Positions 12,917 to 34,510 of a DNA stretch of 64,000 bases are shown here, one piece after another. The stretch comes from Eledone cirrhosa (lineage: Eukaryota). The stretch lies in NCBI GenBank assembly GCA_964016885.1, contig OZ024743.1, positions 378,014,001 to 378,078,000 of the forward strand. The letters are read 5' to 3'. A program made the position numbers and the translations under genes. A model generated the notes under the pieces. It saw only the letters and a program-made list of their open reading frames with translations, searched no databases and had not been told where the DNA came from. The stretch's first letter is position 1. Each line of letters starts with the position of its first letter.

Positions 12917-13837
12917 TATAAACAGTTTTATATTATAGAACTAGTGGCAATTTTAGGTGGTTTGGTATCAAAAGGTTTAATGTAATTTTAAATCTTTGCA
13001 ATTGAGCCATTTGAACATTATATTCAGGTAAGTTAGATTTTAAAAAGTTGACACTCTTAAGTGAAAAATAATATTTTTATTTATTTATTTATTTATTAAA
13101 ATAAAATAGGTGAAAATGAATTATTTTTATTTATTAAATCTAGTTATGAAATATAAATAGTGATGATATAACTTACCAAAGAGTGTTTCTGATTGAAATT
13201 CAAAGACAATTTTCTATTTGCTATTTGTGTAATAAATAGCAAAGTGTGATATAGGGAGTTTTAATGAAGTCTTCTTATATACCTCCAAAAACAACTGACA
13301 TAATGTGTTTTATTAAATAATTATTTTTAATTTAGGCACAAGGCCAATGTTTTATTAATATTAATTATATTTACATGCCAAAAATATTGTTGAAAAGAAA
13401 TGAAGGAAACAAAAAATGTTTCTTTCTGTTTTTAATTGTACAACAGTGAGGGATTAGAACTTTGTTGATTTAGATATATCAGGAAGAAAGTATAGGCACA
13501 CATCTTATCTCTGTAAAATAATAAACACACTAAAAATAATGCAAATTTAGTAACCAGTTTGGGTAAAAAAAATATTGGAAAATGTAAGATGGCATTTATG
13601 ATCAGCAATTTCCCGCAAGAAACAGATGTTTGGCATTATACTATTTAGGTAGTTAGATACCTTTGTAAAATTACTGGCTTAAAAGACAAAATCTGTTGTT
13701 TTTTTATACATATATATATTCAATATATACATTTCAATTTTCAGTGATATAAAACACATTTCCATATTGCATTGTGATCATTTTCTGGATATATTTAACT
13801 TACTGAACTGAATGTATTATAATTCTCTCTCTCTGTG

Positions 13838-17846
<4,009 letters not shown>

Positions 17847-17848
17847 AT

Positions 17849-19045
17849 TCTACTGAGAAAGCTGTCCAATATTGGTGTCACTGAAAGCTGCTGCAGTGGA
17901 TCAAGAGCTTCCTGTCAAACAGAACCCAACATGTTGTAGTTGAGGGAGTCAAATCAAGCCCAGCCAAAGTCAGTAGTGGAGTCCCACAAGGCACTGTGTT
18001 GGGCCCACTTCTCTTCATCATCTATATTAATGACATCACTGACATCATCAAACACAGCAACATTAAAATTTTCGCTGATGATTCCAAGCTCCAAAAGGTC
18101 ATCAATGGCGTGGATGACCGGATAAGCCTTCAGTCAGACCTACTGGCTGTTACCCAATGGGCAGAAAAGAACAACATGTTACTGAACGAAGACAAATTCG
18201 AACTGATCCACTTTGGAAAAGAGGATGCTCTGAAACTCCCGTACTCCCTTCCCTCCGGGGAAACTCTCGTGGCATCTAACAACATCAGAGACTTGGGAGT
18301 AACCGTGGACAGCAACATAAGCTGGACCACGCATATAAGCAGCAAAGTTGACATGGCCCGCAGAATGTGTTCCTGGATCCTCAGAACCTTCCAGTCGAGA
18401 GATTCCCGCACCATTATCCTTCTCTTCTCTACTTTCGCCCGACCACACCTTGAATACTGTTGTCCACTGTGGTCTCCCCACACGAAACAAAGTATCATGA
18501 AACTTGAAGCTCCTCAAAGGGCAATCACGAAAAAGATAGATGGCATGTCAGACCTTGACTACTGGGGTCGATTGGAAAACCTGAAACTTTACTCACTCCA
18601 ACGTCGCCGTGAGCGTTATATTATCTGCATGATGTGGAAAATGTTCCATCATCACTGCCCAAATGATGTTGGCATCGCCTTCAAGATACACCCAAGCTTG
18701 GGCCCCGTGCTATCCGTCCCATTCAAAATCTAAATCGCAACTCATAACAACAATTACGGCACAATTATTTCACCTCAATCGGCCCTGCTCTCTTCAACAT
18801 CACACCAGGACACGTCAAAACAGAAACTGACCACACAAAATTCAAGAAGTATCCCGGACAAATTCCTCCAAGTAATCCCGACAAACCACCCACACCCGGA
18901 TATGTCTCCGCAAACAGTAATTCTCTTCTCGAATGGGCCATGGTGCCCAAATCCTGAATTGAAAGACTTCGCCAGGTGGTGCTATTAAGTTAGACATGGC
19001 CTGGGCCAATACTGGCCAAAACATTTCAAAGTTATTCAAAGTTAC
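17849..19045 (+). mobile_element. 5'-truncated CR1-group LINE (RT C-terminal half, frameshifted)
   Basis: WIKSFLSNRTQ, GVPQGTVLGPLLFIIYIND, FADDSKL, RDLGV, RPHLEYCCPLWSPH, LYSLQRRRER; short ttcaaagtta tandem tail. Confidence 0.88.
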
Positions 19046-19090
19046 ATACATATATATATATATACATATATATATATACATATATACATA

Positions 19091-19122
<32 letters not shown>

Positions 19123-19139
19123 CATATATATATATATAC

Positions 19140-19172
<33 letters not shown>

Positions 19173-19173
19173 C

Positions 19174-19270
<97 letters not shown>

Positions 19271-19376
19271 CATATATATATATACATATATATATATACA
19301 TATATATATATATGACATATATATATATATATATACATACATATATACATATATATATATACATATATATATATAC

Positions 19377-19416
<40 letters not shown>

Positions 19417-19472
19417 ATATATATACATATATATATATACATATATATATATACATATATATATATACATAT

Positions 19473-19521
<49 letters not shown>

Positions 19522-19653
19522 CATATATATATACATATATATACACATACATATATATACATATATATATATACATATATATATATACATATATATATAT
19601 ACATATATATATATACATATACATATATATATATACATATATATATATACATA

Positions 19654-19694
<41 letters not shown>

Positions 19695-19699
19695 ACATA

Positions 19700-19740
<41 letters not shown>

Positions 19741-20097
19741 ACATATATATATATACATATATATATATATACATATATATATATACATATATATATATAT
19801 ACATATATATATATACATATATATATATACATATATATATATACATACATATATTCATACATATATATATATACATACATTCATACATATATATATATAC
19901 ATACATATATTCATACATATATATATACATACATATATTCATACATATATTCATACATATATATATACATACATATATTCATACATATATTCATACATAT
20001 ATTCATACATATATATATACATACATATATACATACATATATACATACATATATACATACATATATACATACATATATATATACATATATATATACA
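19046..20097. repeat. (TA)n/(TACA)n microsatellite
   Basis: Directly visible. Confidence 0.97.
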
Positions 20098-20510
20098 TGG
20101 TGGCTGCCAACTCGTTTTCGAGTACGGCCACTACTTTATATCCATGTAGGAGAACCCCTACCGAAGCGCTGAACGAGTGTGACTTTTTAGTCCAGCCAGC
20201 GACTTGAAAACTCTGGTACAAACACTACACTTGTGACAATTATTGACACATAGTGCTGGGCCCATGGTACCATGTGACGACAGGTGCAGAGAGATCTCCA
20301 GATATAAAGCAATGCCTGTGCCGTGAAGCCTTTATAGTGAGCAAAGGCACTGCACAAAGCCAGTCCCACTCTCTTAACCAAGATGATATTTACCAAAAAG
20401 AAGAACAAGTCAACATCATTGGATACCATCAGGGTTGCAGGTGTTATATCAGAGTTTTCCTTCTCCTAGAATTCTGCCTTGACAAAGGCTAAGGGGTCAT
20501 CTCTCCCGGA
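20098..20510 (-). mobile_element. Probable RTE-like 5' UTR fragment
   Basis: Minus strand carries ttagcctttgtcaaggcagaattctaggagaaggaaaactc, resembling a recurrent RTE 5' UTR motif (from memory). GC-balanced island within microsatellite. Confidence 0.4.
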
Positions 20511-20524
20511 TATATATACATACA

Positions 20525-20558
<34 letters not shown>

Positions 20559-20740
20559 CATACATATATACATACATATATACATACATATATACATACA
20601 TATATACATACATAGATATACATACATATATACATACATAGATATACATACATATATACATACATATATACATACATAGATATATATATACATACATATA
20701 TACATATGCATATATACATATACATACATATACACATACA

Positions 20741-20776
<36 letters not shown>

Positions 20777-21230
20777 TACATACATATATATATACATACA
20801 TATATACATACATATATATATACATACATATATATATACATACATATATATATATACATACATATATACATACATATATACATACATGCATATATACATA
20901 CATATATATATACATACAGTATATATATACATACATATATATATACATACATATATATATACATACATATATATATACATACATATATATATACATACAT
21001 ATATATATACATACATATATATATACATACATATATACATACATACATATATACATACATATATATATACATACATATATATATACATACATATATATAT
21101 ATATACATACATATATATATACATACATATATATATACATACATATATATATACATACATATATACATACATATATACATACATATATATATACATACAT
21201 ATATATATACATACATATATATATACATAC

Positions 21231-21261
<31 letters not shown>

Positions 21262-21397
21262 CATACATATATATATATATACATACATATATATATATAT
21301 ACATACATATATATATATATACATTATATATATATATACATACATATATATATATATACATACATATATATATATATACATACATATATATATATAT

Positions 21398-21430
<33 letters not shown>

Positions 21431-21602
21431 CATACATATATATATATATACATACATATATATATATATACATACATATATATATATATACATACATATA
21501 TATATATACATACATACATATATATATATATACATACATATATATATATATACATACATATATATATATATACATACATATATATATATATACATACATA
21601 TA

Positions 21603-21643
<41 letters not shown>

Positions 21644-22045
21644 ACATACATATATATATATACATACATATATATATATATATACATACATATATATATA
21701 TATACATACATATATAACATACATATATATATACATACATATATATATATACATACATATATATATATATATACATACATATATATATATATACATACAT
21801 ATATATATATACATACATATATATATATACATACATATATATATATACATACATATATATATATACATACATATATATATATACATACATATATATATAT
21901 ATACATACATATATATATATATACATACATATATATATATATACATACATATATATATATACATACATATATATATACATACATATATATATACATACAT
22001 ATATATATACATACATATATATATATATACATACATATATATATA
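20511..22045. repeat. (TACA)n/(TA)n microsatellite
   Basis: Directly visible. Confidence 0.97.
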
Positions 22046-22645
22046 CGAGCTGATAAATTCCGACCTCACACGCTTACACCTCTCCAAGACAATGTCACTG
22101 GACCGAAACCTTTGGCGGTACTCAGTAATAGAGAAGACCCGCCTTACCTAAATACAAAGTAAAAACCTACTACAGTCAGTAGGCACCTCTATCAAAACAC
22201 ACCCCCGTCCCACCACCTCCACACCGCCCTTTCAATGTAAAGTTATGTTGGACCCACAACATCCAGGCCGAAACAAATGAGATCGTGTAGGTGTCACGAC
22301 AAAAAACACACAGTCCACGCTGTAAATGTGGCCGTGTAGGCAACACGGTAAAAACCTCCCAGCCCCACACTGTAAATGTGGTTGGTGTTAGGAAGGGCAT
22401 CCAGCTGTAGAAAACCCGCCAGACAGTCCACGCTGTAATGTGGCCGTGTAGGCAACACGGTAAAAAACCTCCCAGCCCCACACTGTAAATGTGGTTGGTG
22501 TTAGGAAGGGCATCCAACTGTAGAAAACCCGCCAGACAGTCCTATGCGAGCAAGAACCACTCTTGCCTCAAGTGGAAAACCCCCGTCCAAACCCATGCAA
22601 GCATGGAACAGGAACGCTAAACCTGATGATGATGATGATGATGAC
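22046..22645 (+). mobile_element. 5'-truncated RTE LINE: ORF end, 3' UTR with two 112-bp units, (GAT)n tail
   Basis: [34 protein letters not shown] is almost identical to the copy at 30161. Confidence 0.85.
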
Positions 22646-26145
<3,500 letters not shown>

Positions 26146-26212
26146 TAATGAGTGTGTGTTATTGGTCTCGGGTGTGCGTTAGGGAGAAAAGAAAACGTTA
26201 TAATTTACTCAC

Positions 26213-26460
26213 CAAAGAATTGTGGTCGAAAGAACGATACAGATAGTGATCCGTAAAACGGTTCGAAATATAGGAAAGTTGTGCAATGAAGAAACTCCGA
26301 CTACTCGCTGCCAATGAACCAAGTGGCGGAGAAGAAGAAGAATAAGAATGTGTATGTGTTCGCCTGCATGTGTCGAAGTGAAAGCCGCCGCACTACACTG
26401 CAACAACAACAGGAAGCTGCTAGCAGGTGGAACGTTCGAGATCGTAATGGGCGAGAACAT
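26213..26460 (-). CDS. Candidate first coding exon of an unidentified gene with a hydrophobic N-terminus
   Basis: CpG-rich unique island. ATG at 26460 is open to a consensus donor TTG|GTGAGT. No homology recognised and no downstream exon found. Confidence 0.3.
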
Positions 26461-27571
26461 CGACTGAGAAAAAAAACAGTGTCAAATTCCGAACGTTTTG
26501 TACTCTAAACAATAGTCTTACTGACGGAAATAGCCGAGCTGTTCGTAGTCAGTGAAAACACTCGGAAAGAATAATGTCGAAGAAAATATTTCTCCTGAAT
26601 GGAATTAACAGCTTCGTTTAGTATCATTTTTTTTTTAACTTTTCATTCCGAAATTTGAGCGGCACTTTCAAACGATTCGTGGCTATTTTATTGAACATGG
26701 CAATTTTTACCAGTTTAATATTTTCCCCCGGTTACACTTGGCTATTTGATGCCGTTGTCATGGTAATTGCGCTCACTAGACGTCATGATATTGTTTTCAT
26801 TTTAGTTACTTGTCTCTCTCTTACTCTTTATCCCTCCCTCTCTCTTCCCCCATCTCTCTCTCTCTCTCTACCACGTCTAAACTAAGTAGAATTAATAACT
26901 ATTTCTAACGTAATTCAAACACAAAGTTACAAATAATACAGGTTTCTTTTTTCAATAATGACACAAGTATCAACATTATAAACGTGTATAATATTGCTCA
27001 AATATCTTAATAGTAATAAATAGTAGGTGTATTAAAAAACATAATGATTATTAAACGATGTTGACACAGCGATTACTCCCCGTAATATTACTGAACGAGT
27101 ATTGGATAAAATCTTTCAACATCAACCATGTAAGCGTTAGGTGAATGTTAATTATAGATGCCGCGCGTGTGTGTGTGTGTATCTACGAGGGGGCACTGGA
27201 TGACACTGCTCATCCCGCCAACTTCCACCACCACACACACAGATATACACACACCTCTTACTTTTATTAGCTTTCGATGGTGCATTCTTGGGTTTAGAAA
27301 TAAAAAATAATTTTACGGTGATATATTTTATGCTGAAACTCTGCTTTGAATTATTGCGAATTGGCGTGTGTACCTAGAAGACCAAAGCCGAGCGACAGTT
27401 TGGAGTAGAGTGTGTATGTTTGAAAGAGAGGCGAAATATCAACAATTATTACCAAAACTAATTCACAACTTTATTAAACACACGTGATTTAAAGAAAAAT
27501 AAATTAATATATGAAATAATTTACATAACATTGCATTATTTAGATTTTAGTTCATTTATATATTTTATGAT

Positions 27572-27735
27572 AATGGTTTCTACTTTAGGCACAAGGTCAG
27601 CAATTGGGGGGGGGGCTGCAAAGTAGATTAAATCTACTCCAGTGCATTACTGGTACTTTATTTTATCGACTCCGTAAGAATGAAAGGGCAAAGCTAACCT
27701 CGCCGGGATTTGAACTCGGAACGTAAAGAGTCATA
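27572..27735 (-). mobile_element. SINE family A (older copy)
   Basis: Reverse complement of the family A body and B-box. Confidence 0.75.
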
Positions 27736-27804
27736 AGTCAAGAAAACTAATTGCTCATTTTGAAGGTAAAAATTTAATCAATAGAAAACAAAACATCATG
27801 CATA

Positions 27805-27840
<36 letters not shown>

Positions 27841-28629
27841 TGTCTCTATCTATCTCTATATATATGTATATATGTGTGTGTGTGTGTATATATATCTCTA
27901 TATATATGTATGTATGTGTATAACGAAAACAAGGCAGAAAGGGGGAAAAAAATTTTAAGGAGAAACCTTAAAGAAGGTTTTTTTAAAAAGCAAACGAAAG
28001 ACAGAACTCCAAGCTCTTCAGCGGTCCAGATGGACTTTGACAGTTTCAACCCCTACTGACGGTATTGCTGGTCCACCCATGATCACACCGTCTGACACAA
28101 GCCAAAGTGTTGTCTGGAGTAAAAAACAAACAAAACAATAACCTACTGCAATAAAGCCATAACAGGTACACAGAGTTTCATGTGACGACTGGGTGAAGGT
28201 ATTTTGTTTTTCATAGCAACAATAGTGTCGTGACTCTGAAAAAAAAAAAAGGTAAAGGAAGCAAAAGAAAGGAAAAAGGCAAGAAGTACAAAATAATGTA
28301 TCGTGTTATAAAATGTAATCCATTGAAATTATTGGGGAGAGAAGAAAGAACACATTCGTCACAGATTAGTTATAAAAAAATTAACAAAGGCAACGAATCA
28401 AAACAAGGCAGAGCGAACAAATATTCGTTTATAAAGGAAATCTTTAAAAAAAATTATTTTAATAAAAATAACAAACAAAAAACACAGAACACCAAAATGT
28501 TCAACTTTCGAGAAGGACTTTGGCAGTTTCGACCCCTACCAATATATAATATGATCACAATCAGAAATACCTGGAAGTGGATACTAAACAAAGTAACAAT
28601 ACATCACATTCTATCAAAAAACAAAGAAG

Positions 28630-29510
28630 CAACAGGTTCAAAATTTCGGGCAGCAATTATCAACATTGGTACCATGAAAGGTGGGTCTAGAGAAATTGTA
28701 GAGATGTTAGAGAGGAAGTACATAGATGTATGTTGTGTACAAGAAATATGATAAAAAGGAGCTTCAGCCATCCTAATCACAGGCAAGGAACATTTGTACT
28801 AGCTTTTCTTAGAAGGAGAGAAATGAGTGGATGAGATAATTGAGGTTGTCAGTGTGTGTAATAGGATAATTAAGCTTAGACAAGCCTTAGGCATCACCAC
28901 AGCTTCTATAAACTCTGCATCACACTACATGCTGGACTTGCAGACAAACAGAAAAACCGCTTCTGTGAGGTCCTATTGCCAACTACTATAATGACAAATG
29001 ATGATGACCTCATTACTTCAGCTGGTGACTTCAATGGAGATGTTAGGGACCACTTCGATGTCTTTCTTGGTGTGTGTGGAGGTTATGGGTATGGTACAAG
29101 AAATGAAGAGGGGATGATGACCTATAGTATAGAGGAAAATTAGGAATTTCTATGTGACAGTCTCTGAAGACCACAGACCAGGTCTGTGGCTGGTCTGTGG
29201 TCCCAGCAAGGCAGAAAGTGACATGGTGGTGGAATGATAAGGTAGACAGAACCATAAAGAGTGAAACAACAAGCCTAGAAAGACTGGAACAAAAGGGGAA
29301 ACAGAGAGCAATACCAAATAGTTAGAAAAGAGGTTAGGTGCCAGGTATATATAGCAAAGGGCAAAACAGTAAAGAAGAAATTTGTTCATGTACTACAATG
29401 TGAAGATGAGAGGTGTGAAGTGTTCCAGATTGTGAGACAGTGTGCCAGAGAAAACTGGGACATTGTTGGAAAAAATGTGTCTGAAATAATAGTGGAGTAC
29501 TTTCAGACAC
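28630..29510 (+). mobile_element. Decayed RTE LINE 5' part (APE endonuclease)
   Basis: INIGTMKG.S.EIVEMLERKYIDVCCVQE and AGDFNG motifs, with stops and frameshifts. Confidence 0.75.
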
Positions 29511-29546
29511 ACCTTGTATATAAATAATATACAAACACACATGATG

Positions 29547-29720
29547 TTGGCAATATCAGTAGAAGGTTGGACGCCATGCTTTGCAGCATAGAGTTACGCC
29601 CCTTTATGGTCTGAGTTCAAATCCCGCTGAGGTTAACTTTGCCTTTCATCCTTACGGGGTCGATAAAATAAAGTACGAGTAATGTATTGATAATTGCTTA
29701 GCAGTAATGTACTGCTAATT
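29547..29720 (+). mobile_element. SINE family A
   Basis: A/B boxes and conserved body. Confidence 0.8.
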
Positions 29721-29767
29721 ATTTTCTTATTGATTTCTATTGATTTCTTGACATATTAACGAGGATT

Positions 29768-30772
29768 CATCATCATCATCATCATCAACGTTTAACGTCC
29801 GTGTTCCACGCTTGCATGGGTTTGGACGGGGGTATTCCCACTTGAGGCAAGAGTGATTGTCTTGCTCGCATAGGACTGTCTGGCAGGTTTTCTACAGTTG
29901 GATGCCCTTCCTAACACCAACCACATTTACAGTGTGGGACTGGGAGGTTTTTACCGTGTTGCCTACACGGCCACATTACAGCGTGGACTGTGTGTTTTTT
30001 TGTCGTGACACCTACACGATCTCATTTGTTTCGGCCTGGATGTTGTGGCACCAACATAACTTTACATAGGAGGGGGTGGTGTGGATGGGGGTGTGGGTGG
30101 TGGGACGGGGGTGTATTTTGTTAGAGATGCCTACTGGCTGTAGTAGGTTTTACTATGTATTTAGGTAAGGCGGGTCTTCTCTATTACTGAGTACCGCCAA
30201 AGGTCTCGGTCCAGTGACATTGTCTTGGAGAGGTGTAAGTGTGTGAGGTCGGAGTTTATCAGCTCGTCCCAGGATTTTCTAGGTCTGCCTATTCCGTGGC
30301 TACCGTCTATCTTTATTGCCCTGCACTTTGTTATACAGCTATCGACTTTCATGCGCATCACGTGTCCGTACCAACGTAGCCTTCTCTCGAGTAAACAACA
30401 TCTGATCCCTCTTATTTCTAATTTTTTCCTTAGTTCGTTTATGCTTTGCCGTTCACGTATATTACTATTACACATCCAGCGGAGCATGCAAGCTTCGTTC
30501 CTCTCTAGTCTGCGTATATCCTCTGCGCACAATGCCCAGGTCTCACTGCCATGCAACATTGCTGTTCGTATGCAGGCATCATACAACCTGCCTTTCATTT
30601 TTAGGGAGAACCCTTTAGCGGCTAATAGTGGTATAAGCTCTCTGAACCTTTTCCATCCAGTTCTGACTCTAGCTACTGTACTTTCGGAGCACCCTCCCCC
30701 ACTGCTGATTTTGTCACCCAGGTAACGGAAGCTGTCCACTATTTCTATAGAGCCCTCTGCGCAATTGAAAGA
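29768..30772 (-). mobile_element. 5'-truncated RTE LINE with 3' UTR and (GAT)n tail
   Basis: ORF 30161-30739: F.YLGD, RTGWKRFREL, KGRLYDAC.R.AMLHGSETW, RRLRWYGHV.R, GRPRKSW. Confidence 0.9.
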
Positions 30773-31339
30773 GTTATAAAAAATTATTAATTGTCAATAT
30801 TTGCTGAAGTTCATATAAACAAATATGAAATTTAACATGGAAACATTATAGATTCAGTTAAACCAAAATACAATTTGTTGTTTGTTATATAGTTTTCTAG
30901 AATAATTTCAGATATCTCAATAACAGCCCTATTTAGATATATCTAACTAAAAGTTACAATATATGTCCATGGAAATGCCTTTGCAGTTTTGTCCATGGGG
31001 CACAGCCCAAACACAACCCTGCCATAGGTCCAGAGGTCTACCACCCTCTTCCCTTCATCCTCCCTTTCTTCTGTGGCCCTAGAGTCCTTGCTTTTTCCCT
31101 CCTTTTCCTTTCATTTATGGCATTTATAGTCCTTTCCTCTACTTTCCCATACAGCCAGACTTGCCCTTCTTTACCACTTTCCTTTTTTCTCATTACTTAA
31201 TTTTGCTTTTATCTTTCTTTTTCATATTTATGTAATTATCAATGGTTTTTGAGCCAACTTTGTGAATAAAATTATCATCATTATCATCATCATTTAACGT
31301 CTATCTTCCACGCTAACATGGGTTATAAAAACGATTATA

Positions 31340-31657
31340 ATGGAGGCACATGGCTTAGTGGTTAGGGCATTGGTCTTGCAATCGAAAGGTTGTGAGTTCA
31401 ATTCTCAGACCGGGTGATGTGTTGTTTCCTTGAGCAAGACACTTTATTTCACATTGCTCCAGTTTACTCAGCTGTAGAAATGAGATGATAGGACTGAGGT
31501 CCCTATCATTCGTGTAGGCGGCAAAAAAGCACCCAGCACTCACTGTAAATGAGGTTGGTGTTAGGAAGGGCATCCAGCTGTAGAAATCGAGCCAGAATCA
31601 GTTCCCGTCCCACCCTTGCAAGCAGGGACAAGCGGACGTAAAATGATGATGATGATA
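31340..31657 (+). mobile_element. tRNA-derived SINE family B (CORE-like body, RTE-derived tail)
   Basis: TGGCTTAGTGGTTAG A box, GAGTTCAATTC B box, ccttgagcaagacactt...ctcagctgtagaaatgag body, RTE-like tail plus (GAT)n. Confidence 0.8.
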
Positions 31658-32654
31658 GTCTAATAAATATATATATGAAAAATGGTTGTTTTATAGAAAC
31701 CAGCATAACATAACCTCCTAATGTTTGGTGATCTATTCAATAACACACCCAGTATACTCTGTGAAGTAGTTGATGATAGGAAAGGCATTTAGCCATAGAA
31801 AACCTGCCAAAGAAAGGGTCAGATGGACTCTTGAGCTATGTCAAAAACATGACAACGTCCCTAATGCAGGTGATTTACATGATAAACACACTCAGTAAAC
31901 TCTGTAAAGTGGTCAACAATAGGAAGGGCATCTAGCTGTAGAAAACCTGGCAAACAAAGGGTTGGGAGAAGTGCCAGATTTATTTACCATTGTGCTTAGG
32001 TGTGCTTAAGCACAAGGTCCCATTGGCCGGGTGGGGGGGGGGGGTCATCTTCCTGCCAAAAAATTGTTAACCTCCTTCAGGGCCCAAGTATGGGGCCTCA
32101 TAAATCCAGCATTGGTTGGGAGGATTTTTGAACAATGTCAAGGACATGACAACTTTTCTAGTGCTGCTACCACAATAAAATGCACTCGAGATCACTCGAG
32201 ATCACCTGGATCACCTTGAGTTTAGTGGCTCCGCTTGAACACTAAAAGGTCTGTGATGACACGTCCAACTGCTAGCAGGGAAAATGGACACTAAACAATG
32301 ATGATGATGAAAATATTGTTTCTGTTGTTGTACAGTCCATATTTATTTCATATTGAAATAAATATTGACTACATAACAAAGGAAGTACTCAAGTGGAGTC
32401 ACTGACCATCTTGTATGCCGGGGGGGGGGGGGGGGGGGGGGGGCTACACATCATGTTTCTGAGCCAATATTTTGATAACAAACAACATAACTATAGAAAC
32501 AGATGGTTATTATTTTTACGTGGTTTATTGCTGAAAATAAAACTTGTAACTTAGAAGGTTTCAGAAAAAAAAGACAAATTTTAGATTTGTTTTTTTTTTG
32601 TTATGTTTTTTTTGTTTGTTTGTTTGTTTTGTTTTTTCATTGCTTAGTCAGAGG

Positions 32655-32960
32655 TGACCAAACGTGCATAGCTCAATGGTTAGACTGTCTGGTTCATAAT
32701 TGTAAAGTTGTGGGTTCAATTTCTGAATCTAACAGCATGTTGTATCTTTGAGAAAAACATTTCATTTCACATTGCTTCTATCTACTCAGCCAAAAAACAC
32801 AAGTGCCAGCTGTAACTGGAGGTGGTGGTGGTGGTGGTGGTGGTGGTGATGGGGCTTAACCTTGTGATGAACTGGCATATACTAGTTTTGTACTCTCAGT
32901 AACTGAATACCAGTGAAACTGGTATAAGCTGTAGCCTGATGATCGCCCTAAGGTAGCCCT
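32655..32960 (+). mobile_element. Older SINE family B-related copy
   Basis: TAGCTCAATGGTTAG and GGTTCAATT boxes with a diverged body. Confidence 0.6.
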
Positions 32961-33344
32961 CAGAACCCTTGCAGAACTCCTGAGATTGGTTGGGACTGAA
33001 GAGAAAAGTAAGAAGACAGTAAGGTACATTGGATGCAGCAGCTGTCCTCAGATCAGTGACCTGGTTCTAATGCTTACAACAGAAAGTGTATTCTGCTAAA
33101 AGCTCTCAATAGTGAGGTAGTGGTGTTAAACCAGGTGACAGGTTATGTCTGTTATCAAAAAATTTGTTTTAAAGGTACAGTACATTCAGTGTGTTTCCAC
33201 ACAGTTTCTGACTATACAATTTTGTTCACAAAGATTGAGTCAACCCAACACTATGGTTGAAAGCACTTTCCCAAAATGGAATTCTATGATTGTGAAACAA
33301 ATTTCTGAACCTCATGGCCATGCCCTAATTCTAACTCAAGAAGC

Positions 33345-33515
33345 TTAACCCTTTAGCATTTAAACCGGATGTATCCAGCCAGAATTCTCTCACCTCTTTC
33401 TTTTCAAAATGGCCGTAACTGGCCCCCTCATATTGATGTTAAGATATTGTTCTCAAAATAAATAATATCAAAATATCATAGATTCGATATTATGTGAGAT
33501 AAAGCCTTTACCATT
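33345..33515 (+). mobile_element. piggyBac-like terminus (second family)
   Basis: TTAA+CCCTTTAGCATTTAAACC; homologous to 12760-12916. Confidence 0.6.
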
Positions 33516-34339
33516 GTTGGTATGCCTTTGATTACAAGTCTGCTCAAAATCACAGATCAAAATTCTTTAAATACTTCTACAATATTTTTCATATATTCGA
33601 CCCAACAAGTATGTTAAGGCTATTTTCCCTACTAAAGCACAGGCTAGTCTTGCAGGCCTTATAACAAGCTTGATTGTACTTATTATGGGGTCCTTTTGAG
33701 ACAATGTTTTATGGTCATATACCCTTCCTCATGCCCACTCATTTACTTATTACATACAGTGATAAATATATCTATCTCTTCTATGATACATTGAGAAATA
33801 TTCACAAACATATGCTATTTTGTTTTTTACTGTCTCAGCCTTTAACATTGAGGGTTCACATGGAAAAAAGATGAGATGTTCATGGCTGGAATATTTTTTA
33901 TCATGTTTACTTCATCAAGGCTGACAGGGAACTAAATAGCAGCAACAAGAACCATCACAACACAAGGACTTTAAGGCTTTTTTTTACTTGTTAAAGGAAA
34001 GGTTAGTCTTGCAGACTTAAAGACAGGCTTCCTACTTAACATGAGGTTCTTTTGGGGGCAATTCTTTACAGTTAGATGCCCTTTTTAAGGTCAGCTATTA
34101 TAATTACCTCTAATGACACACAGGGATACAGCATACCTATTTTAAATCACATATATGCTGCAAAGCAACTGTGTGTATGTATGGACCCGTAACATCTAAT
34201 GAAGTTGTAGGAATACCATCATGACATACAGCATGTCTTGGGCACTTTAAACCTGGTGGAGCTAGTACCCTCTCCAGGTCAGAACACAGCTGAATTTTTC
34301 CAGAAAAGGAGAGAGTAAAAAAGAGGGAGTGAGAAAATA

Positions 34340-34510
34340 TATAGAGAAAGAATTGACCCCTGAACTTGACTGGTACTTTTTTTATCAACTTTGAAAGGAA
34401 AAAAGAAAAAATTAACCTCAGTGGGATTTGAACTCAGAGTCTGCAAAACGATGGAAAAAAAAACCACTAAACATTCTGTCTGGCATTCTAATGGCTCTGC
34501 CAATTTGCTA
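34340..34510 (-). mobile_element. Diverged SINE family A-related copy
   Basis: tggtacttt...ttaacctcagtgggatttgaactcag. Confidence 0.65.

Noticed and set aside
13171-13835. Minus-strand gtaagt donors as exons of the 26.2-kb candidate gene
   Set aside because: Weak acceptors, stops or incompatible phase.
31340-31415. tRNA genes at SINE heads
   Set aside because: A/B boxes are present but there is no complete cloverleaf, and the sequence runs into SINE bodies.
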